Assembly (NCBI RefSeq): GCF_018350175.1
Contig: NC_058373.1
Location: 107,572,001 to 107,636,000 of the forward strand
DNA from: Felis catus
Lineage: Eukaryota
DNA: 64,000 nucleotides
Direction of reading: 5' to 3'
The first letter of the stretch is position 1. Every line of letters begins with the position of its first letter. Of this stretch, positions 12,618-24,714 are shown one piece after another. The translations under genes and the position numbers were made by a program. Below the pieces are notes generated by a model. The model was given only the letters and a program-made list of their open reading frames with translations, was not told where the DNA came from and did not search any database.

Positions 12618-12640
12618 GATGGATGGATGGATGGATGGAT
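12618..12640 (+). repeat. (GGAT)n microsatellite, probably an L2 tail
   Basis: gatggatggatggatggatggat directly after an L2-like 3' segment. Confidence 0.85.
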
Positions 12641-13419
12641 AACTTCCTCTACTTTCATCTATGCTGTGTCCTACATAAAACATTAAAGGTTGAGATCTTT
12701 AGGTAATCATCCCTATCACTTGCTACTGTCCCCTGGCTAAAACAATAAAACTGGTCTGCCTATTACATCTCCAATAAGAGTCTCCTTACCTTACAGGAAG
12801 TTCAGAGTATGACCCTCAGTCCCGCTGACTGCTTTGATTTTGATTTTGGGCCAAGGCCTACTGCCATGGGTTACCCCCCACCCAGGGGGCTTTTTCATTC
12901 TGAGTCTCTGTTTTAGTCAAGCAAACAAGTATTACAATGGGGATAACATGATGGCAATGCACTTAGGGGCACCTAACCTGGGCCTCACAGTCCAAGAAAG
13001 GGTTTTGGGAGTGCATGCGCCTCTTGAAGAGTAAGTAAGAGTCAGTCAGTGAAAAGGAGCGTGAGGGGTGCTCCAGGCAGAGGGAGCAACATGGATAAAG
13101 GCCTAGAGGTATGATCACAAGCACCCATGAACACATCTGCACTCAGTGACTGAGAGGGCTCTGAGGAGAGGGTGGAAACCCAGGTCATACCTGCCCCTTC
13201 TTTGCTGCCCACTTCAGTAATGCAGATGACACTCTTGACCCCAACCCCAGGAAAGACGTCTCTAGAGACTTTTCTTGGGAAATGTCTCCTCAGAATGACC
13301 CTAAAGATTTGGTTGTCTTCTCAGAGTCTCTCACCTTTGAACATACCTAGGAATAACTGAAAAACCAGGCAGTAAATCGCCATTGCTTCAGAGCAGAGTT
13401 TAGTGTTCAGTTTGCAAGC

Positions 13420-14278
13420 CATACTGTCTCATACTTGCCCCTCCACACTTTCCCATCCTGCTCAAGGCCAAGGAGGTAGACACCTGTGGGCTATGTCAAT
13501 GGGTTCCCTTGCCTCTGGCTTCCTGTTGTGTTCAGCCAAAGAAAGTTACCCATGGGAGGTCAGAGAGGGGTGGACAGTGATGTCAGGGTAATTATTCTGC
13601 CCATCCCGTCCTTGCCAGGCCGTGTTGGCTACACCTGTCTATCAAAGGCACAACTCCTGTCAGGTGGCCATCTCCATGTAGCCATCCTTGCCAGGGTCTT
13701 CCTCTTTGCCCCTCCAGTCATAGGGTAGTAATAACTACCCCTCCCTCGTTGTTACTAGCTGTTAGGGGCTAAATTGTGTCCTCTCCAAAATTCGTATATT
13801 GAAGCCCTAACCCCAGTACTTCAGAATATAACTGGATTTGGAGATAGGACCTTTGAAAAGGTGATTAGGTTAAAATGGGGCCTTTAGGTGGGCCCTAATC
13901 CAATCTCACTGGCATCCTTATAAGCATAAGGAATTTGGACAAAGAGACACTAGGAATGCACATGTACAGAGGAAAGACCACAGTAAGAAGGCACCCATCT
14001 GCAAGCCAAGGAGAGAGGCTTCAGAAGAAATCAAACCTGCCGACACCTTTATCTTGGACTTGTAGCCTACAGAACTATAAGCAAATACATTTCTATTATG
14101 GAAGCCACCCAGTCTGTGGTATTTTGTTATGGCGGCCCTAGCAGACTAATACACTGGCTGTGAGGGCACTTCACTGTCCCTTGGTGATTTCCTTAAACCT
14201 TGCTTATTACACTGTATGGTTTCTTCACTGCACTTTGCTTTTGAGCACATCATCTGTTTCTTGTTTCCTGACTGACAG
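13420..14278 (+). mobile_element. LTR33-type ERVL solo LTR, split by MLT1B at 13760-14153
   Basis: gggttcccttgcctctggcttcctgttgtgttcagccaa..ggcacaactcctgtcaggtggcc and the terminal catctgtttc..cctgactgaca match the recalled LTR33 consensus and align by eye to 59630-60115. Confidence 0.7.
13760..14153 (+). mobile_element. MLT1B-like MaLR solo LTR
   Basis: TG..CA termini: tgttaggggctaaattgtgtc..ccctagcagactaataca. 5-bp TSD ctagc/ctggc. Confidence 0.88.
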
Positions 14279-14429
14279 ACAAGCTTAGACTCCAACAGGA
14301 GGGCTTAGTGACAAAGGCGAGAACGTAGGTTGCTGAAAGCAGATCCCACGTAAAGGTGTCTGTGACTCCCTCCGTGTGTGAGCACACTGGGTCCTCCAGT
14401 GCTACTCCAAGAGATTTCTTCTCCTAAAG

Positions 14430-14555
14430 AGCTGAGTGACTATGTTTTAGTCACTCCCTATGAGCTTTGATTTTCCTCCCTGTAAAGCATAGATAATGAA
14501 ATCTAACTCTGTAGGGGTATTTTGAGGTGAATGTTAGATGCGAATATGAATTAAC
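14430..14555 (+). mobile_element. MIR
   Basis: tcactccctatgagctttgattttcctccctgtaaagcatagataat..gtattttgagg. Confidence 0.55.
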
Positions 14556-16252
14556 AGAGTCTCAAACCCTACAAAGAAACCAAGTGCTTTTGTATTGCAT
14601 TCTGTGAGCAATTTCATTAATATGCACGTAACTAAGGTATCTTTGGAGGCAAGAGAATGACTTTCACTATGAAGACTGCCCTGAGGGAAGAGGGAGAGGC
14701 TCTATTTGCTCAGCCGCCCCTATTAGCTCTTCATTAAAAAGAAAGAAATCAGCTGTCCCTTTCCAGCACGATGCAGGCCCCATACAGACAGCGGGTGAGT
14801 GTGTGCTTCTTTGCCCTGTCCCTCATTTTTGTTAGAGACTGAAGTTGAATGAACCCACCGGAGACCAGAGCAGCTCAGACACCTATAAAGGTATACAGTA
14901 TAGAGTAGGAACAGATAGTGTCTTTTGGTTCCCATTTTCCATTTCCAATAAGTGCGGCTTCTCAACCATTATCTTCACCTGCAAAGGCTGAAACACTCTC
15001 TACCGCTCCCAGCCCTCAGCTGCAAAGAGGTTGCTCCTGGCATTAAGCATGGGGATGCTGCTAGAATGGGGGCCGGTCCCAGCCTCCCAGGTCACACCCA
15101 CGAGGGGACCAATAGGCACTGGAGGCTGAGATAGAATCTGGAAAGCAAAGGGACCCAGGAGGCTGCTTGTATCCTCGTGTCCCTCTCTCCAAGCTGGACT
15201 CTCTACTGACCCTTTCTGGTGTGGGGCTAAAGACCCCAGCTTCTAGCTCACCACAGAGTAGGGCTGTCTGCTGGAAGGAGGCTCTCTCCAGGCTGATGGG
15301 AGCATCTTTGAGTTAGTGTGTTGTTATCTCCGTTCAGTCCTCATCAGCTGTGACTGTCACTGAGGCATTCTTGTGAGTATGGAAAACATATTGAGGAATG
15401 TAATGGCCTTGTGGGCTAGCAGGTGAGAAGAGAATAAAAAGCTCAAGATGTAGACATCTAGGAGGAATGCCACCTCCACTCTGATTAAAGCAAACAAACA
15501 AAAAAACTCCAGACAAACTACAGGTTTACTCCTTTTTTTTTTGGACCCATCTGAGAGCTGAGGTTACAGGGTAAGCAATTAGCCTCAAATCTAAGGATCA
15601 CTGGGGCCTGTGGAGAAGCACAGGCCATGAGCCCTTGATTTCCTGGGTGCAGATCTGGCCAACAAAAGTCACCTGGAATAGGTAAAGAATTAGTGGAGAA
15701 TGAGTGTGGGCTGGTGAGGGAATGTGGAGCCCCTGGGGACCACATATATATACGGGTCTGCACTTTTTGCAGACCTTTCTCATAGAAAAGACTGACCAAA
15801 GTTCTGAGAATCTCTCTGTGGGGCAGATCTGGGGAAGGAGGTGGGGGGGCGGAAAGGCCACTACAGAGAGCCATGAAATGATCCCTTCCCCTCCTTGCCC
15901 CTTCTGGAACAAAAGCCTCAATCTGAAGGAGAAAGGACAAAACCTTTTCCTTACAGCACCGATAAAACTGAGGGAAGGAAACAGAAAAACAAAAACAAAA
16001 CCCTTCCACCCTAACCCAGCGGCAAGAGTTCAGAAAACGAAAACTAAATCTTTATTGGCCACAGATGCATTCTACCAGAAATGTTGTTCTTCAAGCAGGA
16101 ACATGTATCTAAACAAAGATATGAAGAATACTGAGAACTGAATAATTGAAGGTAAAATGAAATACATTAAAATTTTTTCAATTGTTCTAAAAAGACATGA
16201 CAAAAGTGAACATAGTAGCAATGTATTCTGTGTGTTTAAAAATGCTGTTAAT

Positions 16253-16477
16253 GGGGCGCCTGGGTGGCGCAGTCGGTTAAGCGTCCGACTTCAGCCAGGT
16301 CACGATCTCGTGGTCCGTGAGTTTGAGCCCCGCGTCAGGCTCTGGGCTGATGGCTCAGAGCCTGGAGCCTGTTTCCGATTCTGTGTCTCCCTCTTTCTGC
16401 TCCTCCCCCGTTCATGCTCTGTCTCTCTCTGTCCCAAAAATAAATAAACGTTGAAAAAAAAATTAAAAAAAATAATA
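16253..16477 (+). mobile_element. Young Can-SINE (SINEC_Fc-type)
   Basis: Near-consensus ggggcgcctgggtggcgcagtcggttaagcgtccgacttcagccaggtcacg. Perfect TSD aaaaatgctgttaat at 16238-16252 and 16478-16492. Confidence 0.97.
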
Positions 16478-16509
16478 AAAAATGCTGTTAATATGGTAGA
16501 AGACATAGT

Positions 16510-16729
16510 TTTTTAAAGTTTATTTATTTTGAGAGGGGGTGGGAGAGAAAGAGTCAGTGCACGTGTATGCGTGAGCAGGGGAGGGGCAGAGAGAGAGGGA
16601 GAGGATCCCAAGCAGGGTCTGTTCAGCGCAGAGCCCAACATGGGGCTCAGTCTCACAAACCGAACTGCGAGGTCATGACCTGAGCTGAAATCAACAGTTG
16701 GACACTTGACTAGGCCACCCAGATGTCCC
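16510..16729 (-). mobile_element. Can-SINE
   Basis: tttatttattttgagag..gtcatgacctgagctgaaatc..ccacccagatgtccc. TSD aagacataRttttt at 16500-16513 and 16731-16744. Confidence 0.93.
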
Positions 16730-16759
16730 AAAGACATAATTTTTAATATTTAATCCATT

Positions 16760-19160
16760 TTGCTTTTCCACAATAAACTCCATTTATTTATGATATATTA
16801 TTCTTTTTCACCTGAAATTTCCAATTTTTTAACATCGACATAAGCAATTTTATCCATTTATAATTTACTTAGTGTTTATTCCCTGTAGTCTTCTTATATA
16901 TTTCTAATATTTTTAAAAGGATTTCTGCATCATTGTTCATGTGGGATATTAATAGTTTTTTAAACTGTCTGGTTTTGGTGTCAGAGTAATGCTGGCCTCG
17001 TAAAATGAGATTTGTTGCCCTCTCTTCTATTTTTTAGAATCTATTGCCTATAACTGGTGCTAATTTCTTTTCTAAATGTTTGATAGAATTTTCCAATGAA
17101 CCCGTCTGGATCTTTCTTTAGGTTGTTTCTTTATTGTTGAATATTTCAGATGTTTGTAAGTATAATCCAATTCCAGCAGTTTGAATATAACGTATCTTGG
17201 TGTGTTGGCTTTTTTTTATTCATTTGTATTTATCCTGCCTGGGGTTCTCAGCATGATGTCTTTCATTATTTTGGAAATTTTGACAACTATCTTTTCAAAT
17301 ATTTCTCTGTCTCGTTTTCTTTTTTTCCTCTTTTTAGAATTCCAGTTAGAGTGTTTGATACTGTTCCAGAGTTCTTGGATTATCTGGGCTTTTGTTTTTT
17401 TCTCTTTGTTTCAGTTTGGTTATTTCTATTGACCTACCTTCAAGTTTACTGTTTCTATCCTCAACTGTGTCAAATTTATTTTTGAGCCCATCAAACCCGG
17501 TCTTCATCTTTACTATGTTTTTTATTTGACATTTCTACTTGATTCTTATGGTTTTCATCTCTCTGATAAAATTTTTGATCTGTTCATACACATTCATCAT
17601 TTCCACTAAGCCTCTAATATATTAGTTGTTTTAAAATTCCCTGTTTGCTAGTTTTATCTGGATCATCTCTGAGTCTGGTTGTGTTGATTACTTTGTCCCT
17701 TGACAGTAGGTTGGGTTTTGTTTTTTGTTTTTTTTTTTCCTTGCTTTTTTATGTTTCTCCTAATTTGTGATTGATGCCAATGCTGCATGTGGACCAGCTG
17801 AGGTAAATACTATTTGTGCCTGGAAATGGACATTTACCTTGTTCTGTTAGATTGAGTGAATATAGCAGGATTTGAGCTGGGTTTGGTGTTTTCTTGGTTT
17901 TGTTTTATTTTGGGTTTGCTATGGTTATATTCAGCACATGACCAGATTCAGATTCTTTTAGCATTACCTTATGTTTATGGTCATGACTGGGATATCGGAA
18001 GATTTTTTCCTCCGTGTTCTTTCTTCTGCTCATTTCAGCCTTCACTTTGTATCTCTGCCTCAGAAAGGTTCTTTCTCCATGCTCTTTCCCCCAGCCTATG
18101 GGGTAGATGGCTGTTACACTTGTTACTGGGTGCTGGGGAGTGTGGGTGGGTGGGTTTTGTCCTGGTGCAGTCCCAGGCTAGCCCTATACATGTGGGTCTC
18201 AGAAGTGGGGCTTTCTCAGAAATTCTGCCCTTCCTTCCTGTGGCATTTGAACTTGGGCTGGCCTTTTGTCTTGGGCAGGAGAGCATGTCCTCTCTCTCTC
18301 CCACTAATAAGAGATTTCTTATAGGATCTGGGGCCCAGGACTGTTTCCTGCCCTCTTTCCAGGTGTAGAGGTTTTGTTTTGGTCTCTCACCCTTCTCCCA
18401 GCTGCAGTGGATCTTCATCTATGCCCCAGTGCAACACAGTTTACTGCCTTTCCCCAGTGGCTTAAGGGGAAAAGAGTCTAGGTGTAACTCTCTGCCTTTC
18501 TCTTAGCAATGTTGCTTCCCTTCCCCAGGCCTGCACCACAGAGAGCTTATTTGGCCTCATGCCCTGCTTTCAATCCTTTCTGAAGCAGTGGGTGGAGGCC
18601 TATGAAGAAGAGCCTGTAAGTTGGGTGTGACGTCTGCTTGTATTTGCAAATCGCAGGTGCTATACTTTCATGCCAGCTCACTCTTGGCCTTTGACAATTT
18701 ATTACAATTTTTAGCTGAAAAATAATTTTTTTGGATGGTACCTGGTGTCCCTTTTCACATACTCAACCAGAGAAAAGTGCTTACTTATGTCCCATCTCTG
18801 TTTGGAGGCACTGTTTTTCCATAGATTTCAGGCTTTTTAATTCTCTATGAGCTTAGCTTTCTGGGGTTTAAGGACATTTATGGTTTTATAGTTTATCTGA
18901 CTTTCTGTGGTTGTGAGGATGAGGGAGGCACTATTTTCAGCTTTCTACACACTAGGCAAAAATGGAACTCATGGTTTCATATCTAATCAAGCATATACCC
19001 TCTCTTTCCTCTTCCTTTCAAAATCTTTCTTGGCTATTCTCATGTACTTATTCCCTTAAATACACTTTAGAATCATTTTGTCAAGTTTCTCATCTCCCAA
19101 CCTCTCCAGAATAAATTCCTTTCTGATTGAAATGGTGTTCAAATATGTAGACTAATTTGG
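16760..19160 (-). mobile_element. Old L1M fragments (ORF2, ORF1 and 5' region), degenerate
   Basis: 16920-17110 tctggttttggtgtcagagtaatgctggcctcgtaaaatgag..gatagaattttccaatgaacccgtctgg is antisense L1 ORF2; T-rich L1-like sequence continues to ~19160. Confidence 0.6.
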
Positions 19161-22100
19161 GTCCCAGATAGGGTCAAAACCCCCATCCCCACGATCTGAA
19201 TGTGGCAGCCAGAGCAGGCGTTGTGATCGGAAGGGTCCTCAAAGGCCAACCTGCCTTGAAATTTTGCCCATTTGCTCTGGTGCCTTCAAATTCCAGCATT
19301 AGAGGTAAGAGAAATACTTCAGGCTCCTTAAGGGATTAAGACACACGCAGTTTGCCTTGGAAGGACCTGTTAATAACTAATTTGCAACCATCACACCACT
19401 TACAAACTAAGGCCATGAAACTAGACAGAGTTTTGTGTGATTGGAGTGAGGCTGTGAATGTGTGTGTAAAGAGGGGAAAGGGATTCTGTCAAGGACACGG
19501 GAGCTGGAAGGGAAATTGCTGAATCTGGAACGGAGTGCTCCTGAGTAGTTGAAAATAAGGACATTAAACCTTCCAGTGGAGAGGGGCAGTGAGGGAAAGC
19601 CCCTTGTCCATCTCCGCGGCCATCCCGCTTCAATATGGCCACCAGAGACAGGGCAGATGAGGCTCCTCAGAGCAACTGGGCGTGACTGGGCAGCAAGGAC
19701 TATCTAGAGGGTGTGGTGGAGGCAAGAGTCCTCCAAGAGGAACCAGCAATTATCACACCTATTGATTTGTGCTCCCAAGGCCCCTGCAAATAGGAATCTC
19801 TTGGAATCCTATGAAACAAACCATCAACAGTTTCAGAAAGAATTTTCCAATAGGGGAAATAAAGGAAAAAATTCCAAAAAAGAAAAAAAAAAAACCTTGA
19901 TGTGTTCCACAGACTGCTTTAGAGAAAGAAGGGATGATGCACTTCAATAAGAGATGACGGTCCTTGGTTGACCCGGGACATTTCACAGACCAGAAGCCAA
20001 GGAACGCAGGCGGCATGGACGCCCACAGACAGGCCTTGGTTTTGATTTTTCAGATGCACAATTTTTATAAATGAATATTTAATCTTTAACCAACTCCAGC
20101 ACCTCATCAAGGAGGGGCCTGTTCTTTGCCAAACCCTTCCGGGGGAACCTGCTGGGGTTGGGCGTAGGTGTTAGCGAACATTTCCCAGCGTTCTCTGATG
20201 GGGAAATATTTATTTTGTAACACTCCTCCACACCCCCAAACACAATTATGCGACATGTTTTATATGGCCATGGGGATTTGGACTAAGATTTCATATCCAT
20301 AATGTACCCTAATATTGAGAAACACATTTTTTAAAGTACTTTTCTTCTTTGGCGTGGGTAGGGTGCCGCATCCTGGAACGCTGGGGCTTCAGAGGAATTT
20401 CTCTTCAACCCTGAGACCAAATAGTTTGGGGACACATGAGACTGTGTTTGGTTTGAGATCTTGAATCCTGGAAGGTCTCCGAAGGAGGCGAATGGGTATG
20501 TGAAATAGTTATTAGTTACTGCAAGCTGATTTCACAAGGGCCTGTAAAAATATACATTTTCCATCTCTAAAGCTGTTACGCCTTTTCTAAAGCTGCTACT
20601 TTCTTTTTTAAACAAGAAAGCCTTTCCGCAAAGTCAGTTTCTGCTCTTGGAGGGATAACATTTAGAGCAAGGTATAAGGGACCTTTGCCAGAATATTTCC
20701 CACTTACGGCAAAGATCTCCAAGATCTTATTTGGACATGCCGATGCTGGCACAGCCCCTGCTCTGTGGACACACACCACACGCATCCAGCAACCATGGGA
20801 AAGCCGGCCGCCCTGCGAGGCAAGGCTGCAACATTAATATAAATCACATGTTCTAAAGGGTGAAATGCGATTATCTGCTACAAGAAGGCTCTGTCAGGAA
20901 GAAGCCAGAGGAATGGCAACAGCATGTTGAACCGAAGCCAGCGAAGGGCTCCTAGCCCTTTTCATTCTCTCCTTTTATGTATTAGAATATATCCCTGTGA
21001 GCACCTTCATGGCTTGGGTGCCAGGACCCAATGTCCCCGGCCCAAGATGAGTTTATGAGCAGAGGGATCATTTATTTACATGGCTGTTGCATCTGGAACA
21101 CGTGGCAGTTCGGGGATTTGGAATCACTAGAAAGAAGGATGGAGATGTGTTGTGGCCAAAGACAAAACTCGGGCTAATGCTCCTAAGACCAATCAAAGGG
21201 CCTACGTATTAACTAGGGTCCTGCTGGTAGTTCTGTTAGGAAGGACTATCATTCGTCGCTAAAATAAGACCTTTTATTAGAAGACCATTGTTTTTACATC
21301 ATAGTAATGCAATGAAATTGGTCAGAGGGGGATAAGTTTTATGTATGTACAAGCAAAAATATACTAGCAAAAATCAAATCATCTGACAAATACAATAGGA
21401 CCTATAGAAATGTAAATTCAAATATTGACACATTGATCCACGGTCCATTCAGCATATTTGGTTTGAGGAACTATGGTAGAAGGCATAGTTACTGGTCATA
21501 GTATCTGCTTCATCAGCTTAAGAAATACCTCCCTCCTCCCACATATTATTTTCTCTTCATAATTTATTACGATGACTTAATCCATCCACCTCTAAACCAA
21601 TTCTCAGCTCCTAATTGTCACTGTGTAAAAACTAGTACTACTTTATATCCTTCTTCTCAACTCATGAGCAGTGATAGTTCCTTTGAGGTACCTACATTTA
21701 GGTTGATCTCCAAGGTAGAAAGAAAAAGTGATTCTGTTGTTTTGGAATTTGGAAACAACTTCCCATGTTTATCTCCGTTGTGACTTTCACAATTTTACAG
21801 CTTTTTATCACATTTTCTTTCATCCCTCATCTTTCCAGGAAAATGAGAACTTTTTTTTTTTTTTTGGCTGCATAGAAATTATTCCATTTTCTTGACCATA
21901 TTATTATATTTCTCTGGATCTTCTCCAGCTCCATTTTGGCTTCCCAGCAAAGAGATGTTTTTAAAAAGCACTTATTTGGGAAATAACATCAACATGGTTT
22001 ATTATTTTTCCTGCTTCATTAAACACCAGCTTGCTGTACTAACAGCTGTTAGTAAAGCCGAAAGTTAGTTAAGAAAGTAAATAGTTTCGTTTAAAAATAG

Positions 22101-22271
22101 AAGTGTTGACACAGGCATAATGTATTAATTTGCTAATCCTTTTGGGACTCACACACACATAACAAATTTTGTACACCCTCCTAGAACTTCCGAAGATCCA
22201 AGGCGGTGATAGTATTATGTACCCGCCCAGAGCTATCAGTCAGTGATCAACAATTTGGTACATTACGACTG

Positions 22272-22350
22272 TATTGATACAGATAATCTGATATTGATAC
22301 AGATATTGATAATCTGATATTGATACAGATATCTGTTTATACAGATAATA
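22272..22350. repeat. Short degenerate tandem repeat (tattgatacagataatctga-based)
   Basis: Four to five variant units, including the 12-bp palindrome acagatatctgt at 22325-22336. Confidence 0.85.
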
Positions 22351-24002
22351 TGACTGTGGAGTGTGCAAGTTAATTATAGGTTCCCACAATTAAACAGCTG
22401 GAGAAAACGCCCATACATTATCTAGACCAGCCCCATATTCCTAGATTTGGCAACACCTAAAATAGCCAAATCAAACTGTCTTGTAACTCACACTTTTATT
22501 GGGCACTGACTGTGGTCAGAGGCAGAAAGATCAGAGGGGCCTGGTTTTAGCTATGAAAGTAGGGTGATGCTGGGTTTGCCGAGCCGCTGGGTTTGCTTAA
22601 CAACGGGGTCACTGAGGGGATTGATGCACTGATATCTGTGTGTTGCTGAGAGAAAGGCCAGGCACACAGTGAACATTGCCTAAGTTATGGCCTAAGTTTC
22701 AACATTTTCACTTTGTTTTCCTAATCAGAAGGAAATGGCCTATGTAAAAATAGCTGATGAGTAGCGCTGTACTGGATGCATGAATGGAGACTGTGGGGGC
22801 CCAGAAAAGGGCGGCTTGGGACCTGTCCTGGGAAGAGTTTTAATTTGTGCCTTGGAAGTTGGAGAAGGTTGAGGAAGAGCTTTCCAAGTTGGGGGAACAG
22901 AAAGTACTAACCAGACTTGTTCTTGCTTCATTTTGAGGCATTTTCCTCATGTGCAGGGCTTTGGAAAAATCGAGAACATGGATAAGAGATGAAGAACGCT
23001 TTTTTTTTTTGAAGCGTGGTAAATCATCCATAAGAAAAGTTCCCTTCCAGGCTGTAATCTGCCCAGTCCCCCTTTTCTTTCTTCGGGAGATTCATTTTCA
23101 TCTTTTCTTCCTCTTTGATGGAAAGGCAGCTGGGAAGAGCATTGGCGGAATTATAAAGTAAACACAGTATGTTTGCCTGACTCCCCTGCCAGTTCTCCCT
23201 GTGCTCGCTGATCTCAGGCTTCCACCTTTCGGAGGAAAAGGAACTCATAAGCTCATTCCCACAGGACTCTCCTGGGCTTGGGTGCTCCTTGCAGCCTCAT
23301 GGCAAACTTTCGGAGAATGTTTTGATGCCGAGGTTCCTAGACCAGTGAGATTTCCAAAAATTTTGGCAACCCCTGACAAAGTGCTAACTTCTTATTTTGC
23401 TAAGTGAGAACATTAAACAAGAAAACGAATTCCTGCCTGATATCATCCATACCTTCTAAAAGAAAGCCTACTTTGACAACAAATAGTGGAAAGCGGAGTC
23501 CTTTCCGTGGAATGTAACTGGTTTATGAAAAATCAACTACCTTTATTTTGCCACTGACCCTGGTGGTCATTTGGGAAGCATGGTGCTAATGAGAAGGGAT
23601 GAATACCTGAGAGTGGGAGGCCAGACACCCGCGGGGGCCGAGTGGAGACAGAGAGGGTCTTGGTTTTCTTGGCTGTTCTGCCTTCTATTTCCACCATCGG
23701 ATCTCTGTGCCTCGGGAGGTGGGCCTCACTGGCCTCCAGTTCCTGGCTGTTATGGGAACCCAGCCTTGGTTGCTAGGATTGACTACCCAGACCATCAGGG
23801 TCAGGAATTGACCTAAATGGACCTATTGTTAGTGAAGGCCGGCTCAAAACTCCTTAGTCATCCTCCCTGTTTCAAAACATTGTTAAAACCCATGCTTGAC
23901 CATGGTCCAGGCCTTAGAGAACACGTTAGTTCTAAATGCCTATTCAAGTTTAGAAACTTTCACTGCACCAAGGGAGGTTAATGTGCTTAAAATATTAGAC
24001 TT

Positions 24003-24136
24003 TGACGTAAATGTTGTTCTGAAGATAACTGTCACCTTTGAGGCACCTGGCACTTCAAGCCAACTTGGGACGCGTCAAGTGTCAATAAAGTTTGATTAAT
24101 TGCAGCAGCCATTTCAGTCCACTGTGGGCAAGGTCA
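24003..24136. promoter_or_regulatory. Candidate enhancer (dense TF motif cluster)
   Basis: TGACGTAA, AGATAA, TGTCA x2, CCTTTGA, CACCTG, TCAAGTG, CAATAAA, TGATTAAT and CAAGGTCA within 134 bp of apparently unique sequence. Confidence 0.35.
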
Positions 24137-24519
24137 CAGTGCTAGCATTAAGGAATAAAATATGCAAAACCTGCATTTCTATTTTTGGCCATGCTCTGCA
24201 GCGTGGTTTCTAGAATAAATTGCCGTTGCACAGCAGGATTCAAGGAAACAGTGCTGACGGCCTCACTCTTCTTGCATTGTGATCCAGGGAAAGATCAGCC
24301 TGCTGCTGACATGTGTCCTGAATGAAAAATGGGTTCCAGGTAGAACTGTGACTCCTTACAATTTACTGGATCTTGCTCAACAGAAATCTACATGAGTATT
24401 TATAACTGCTGACTCCCTTTCAGACACACTCCAAATTTATTATTCTTCAAATTGGATTGGTTGTAATCACTGATTATGGAAACACTGAGCAATTTCAAGG
24501 CAGGCTGGGAGGAAAGCTT

Positions 24520-24714
24520 TGTCACCAGATTCTGCATTAAATTCTGCCTCTAGCTGTGTGCCTTTGGCAATGATTTAATCACATCATTGTCTGTACTTTC
24601 ACATCTGCGAAATGGGGAGATACAGCTTGCAATGCAGAATTGTGACAATGAGAATAACTGTTCAGTGCCTGACACATAGTACACGCTCAACAAATAGTTC
24701 TGGCAATTATTATC
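24520..24714 (+). mobile_element. MIR
   Basis: tagctgtgtgcctttggcaa..catctgcgaaatgggga..cagtgcctgacacatagtacacgctcaacaaat. Confidence 0.75.

Noticed and set aside
14434..14456. Perfect 9-bp stem gagtgacta-tgttt-tagtcactc
   Set aside because: It lies in a MIR segment that is intrinsically quasi-palindromic, and is too short to imply function.
15755..15775. 8-bp stem-loop ggtctgca-ctttt-tgcagacc followed by T's (terminator- or histone-stem-loop-like)
   Set aside because: Eukaryotic context with no upstream gene, geometry does not match the histone 6-bp stem and 4-nt loop, and such stems are expected by chance in 64 kb.
17856..18368. Longest ORF (170 aa, hydrophobic)
   Set aside because: It lies in T-rich antisense old-L1-like sequence; the F/L richness reflects base composition.
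22272..22350. CRISPR-like repeat array
   Set aside because: No unique spacers, irregular units and a mammalian context; it is a simple tandem repeat.
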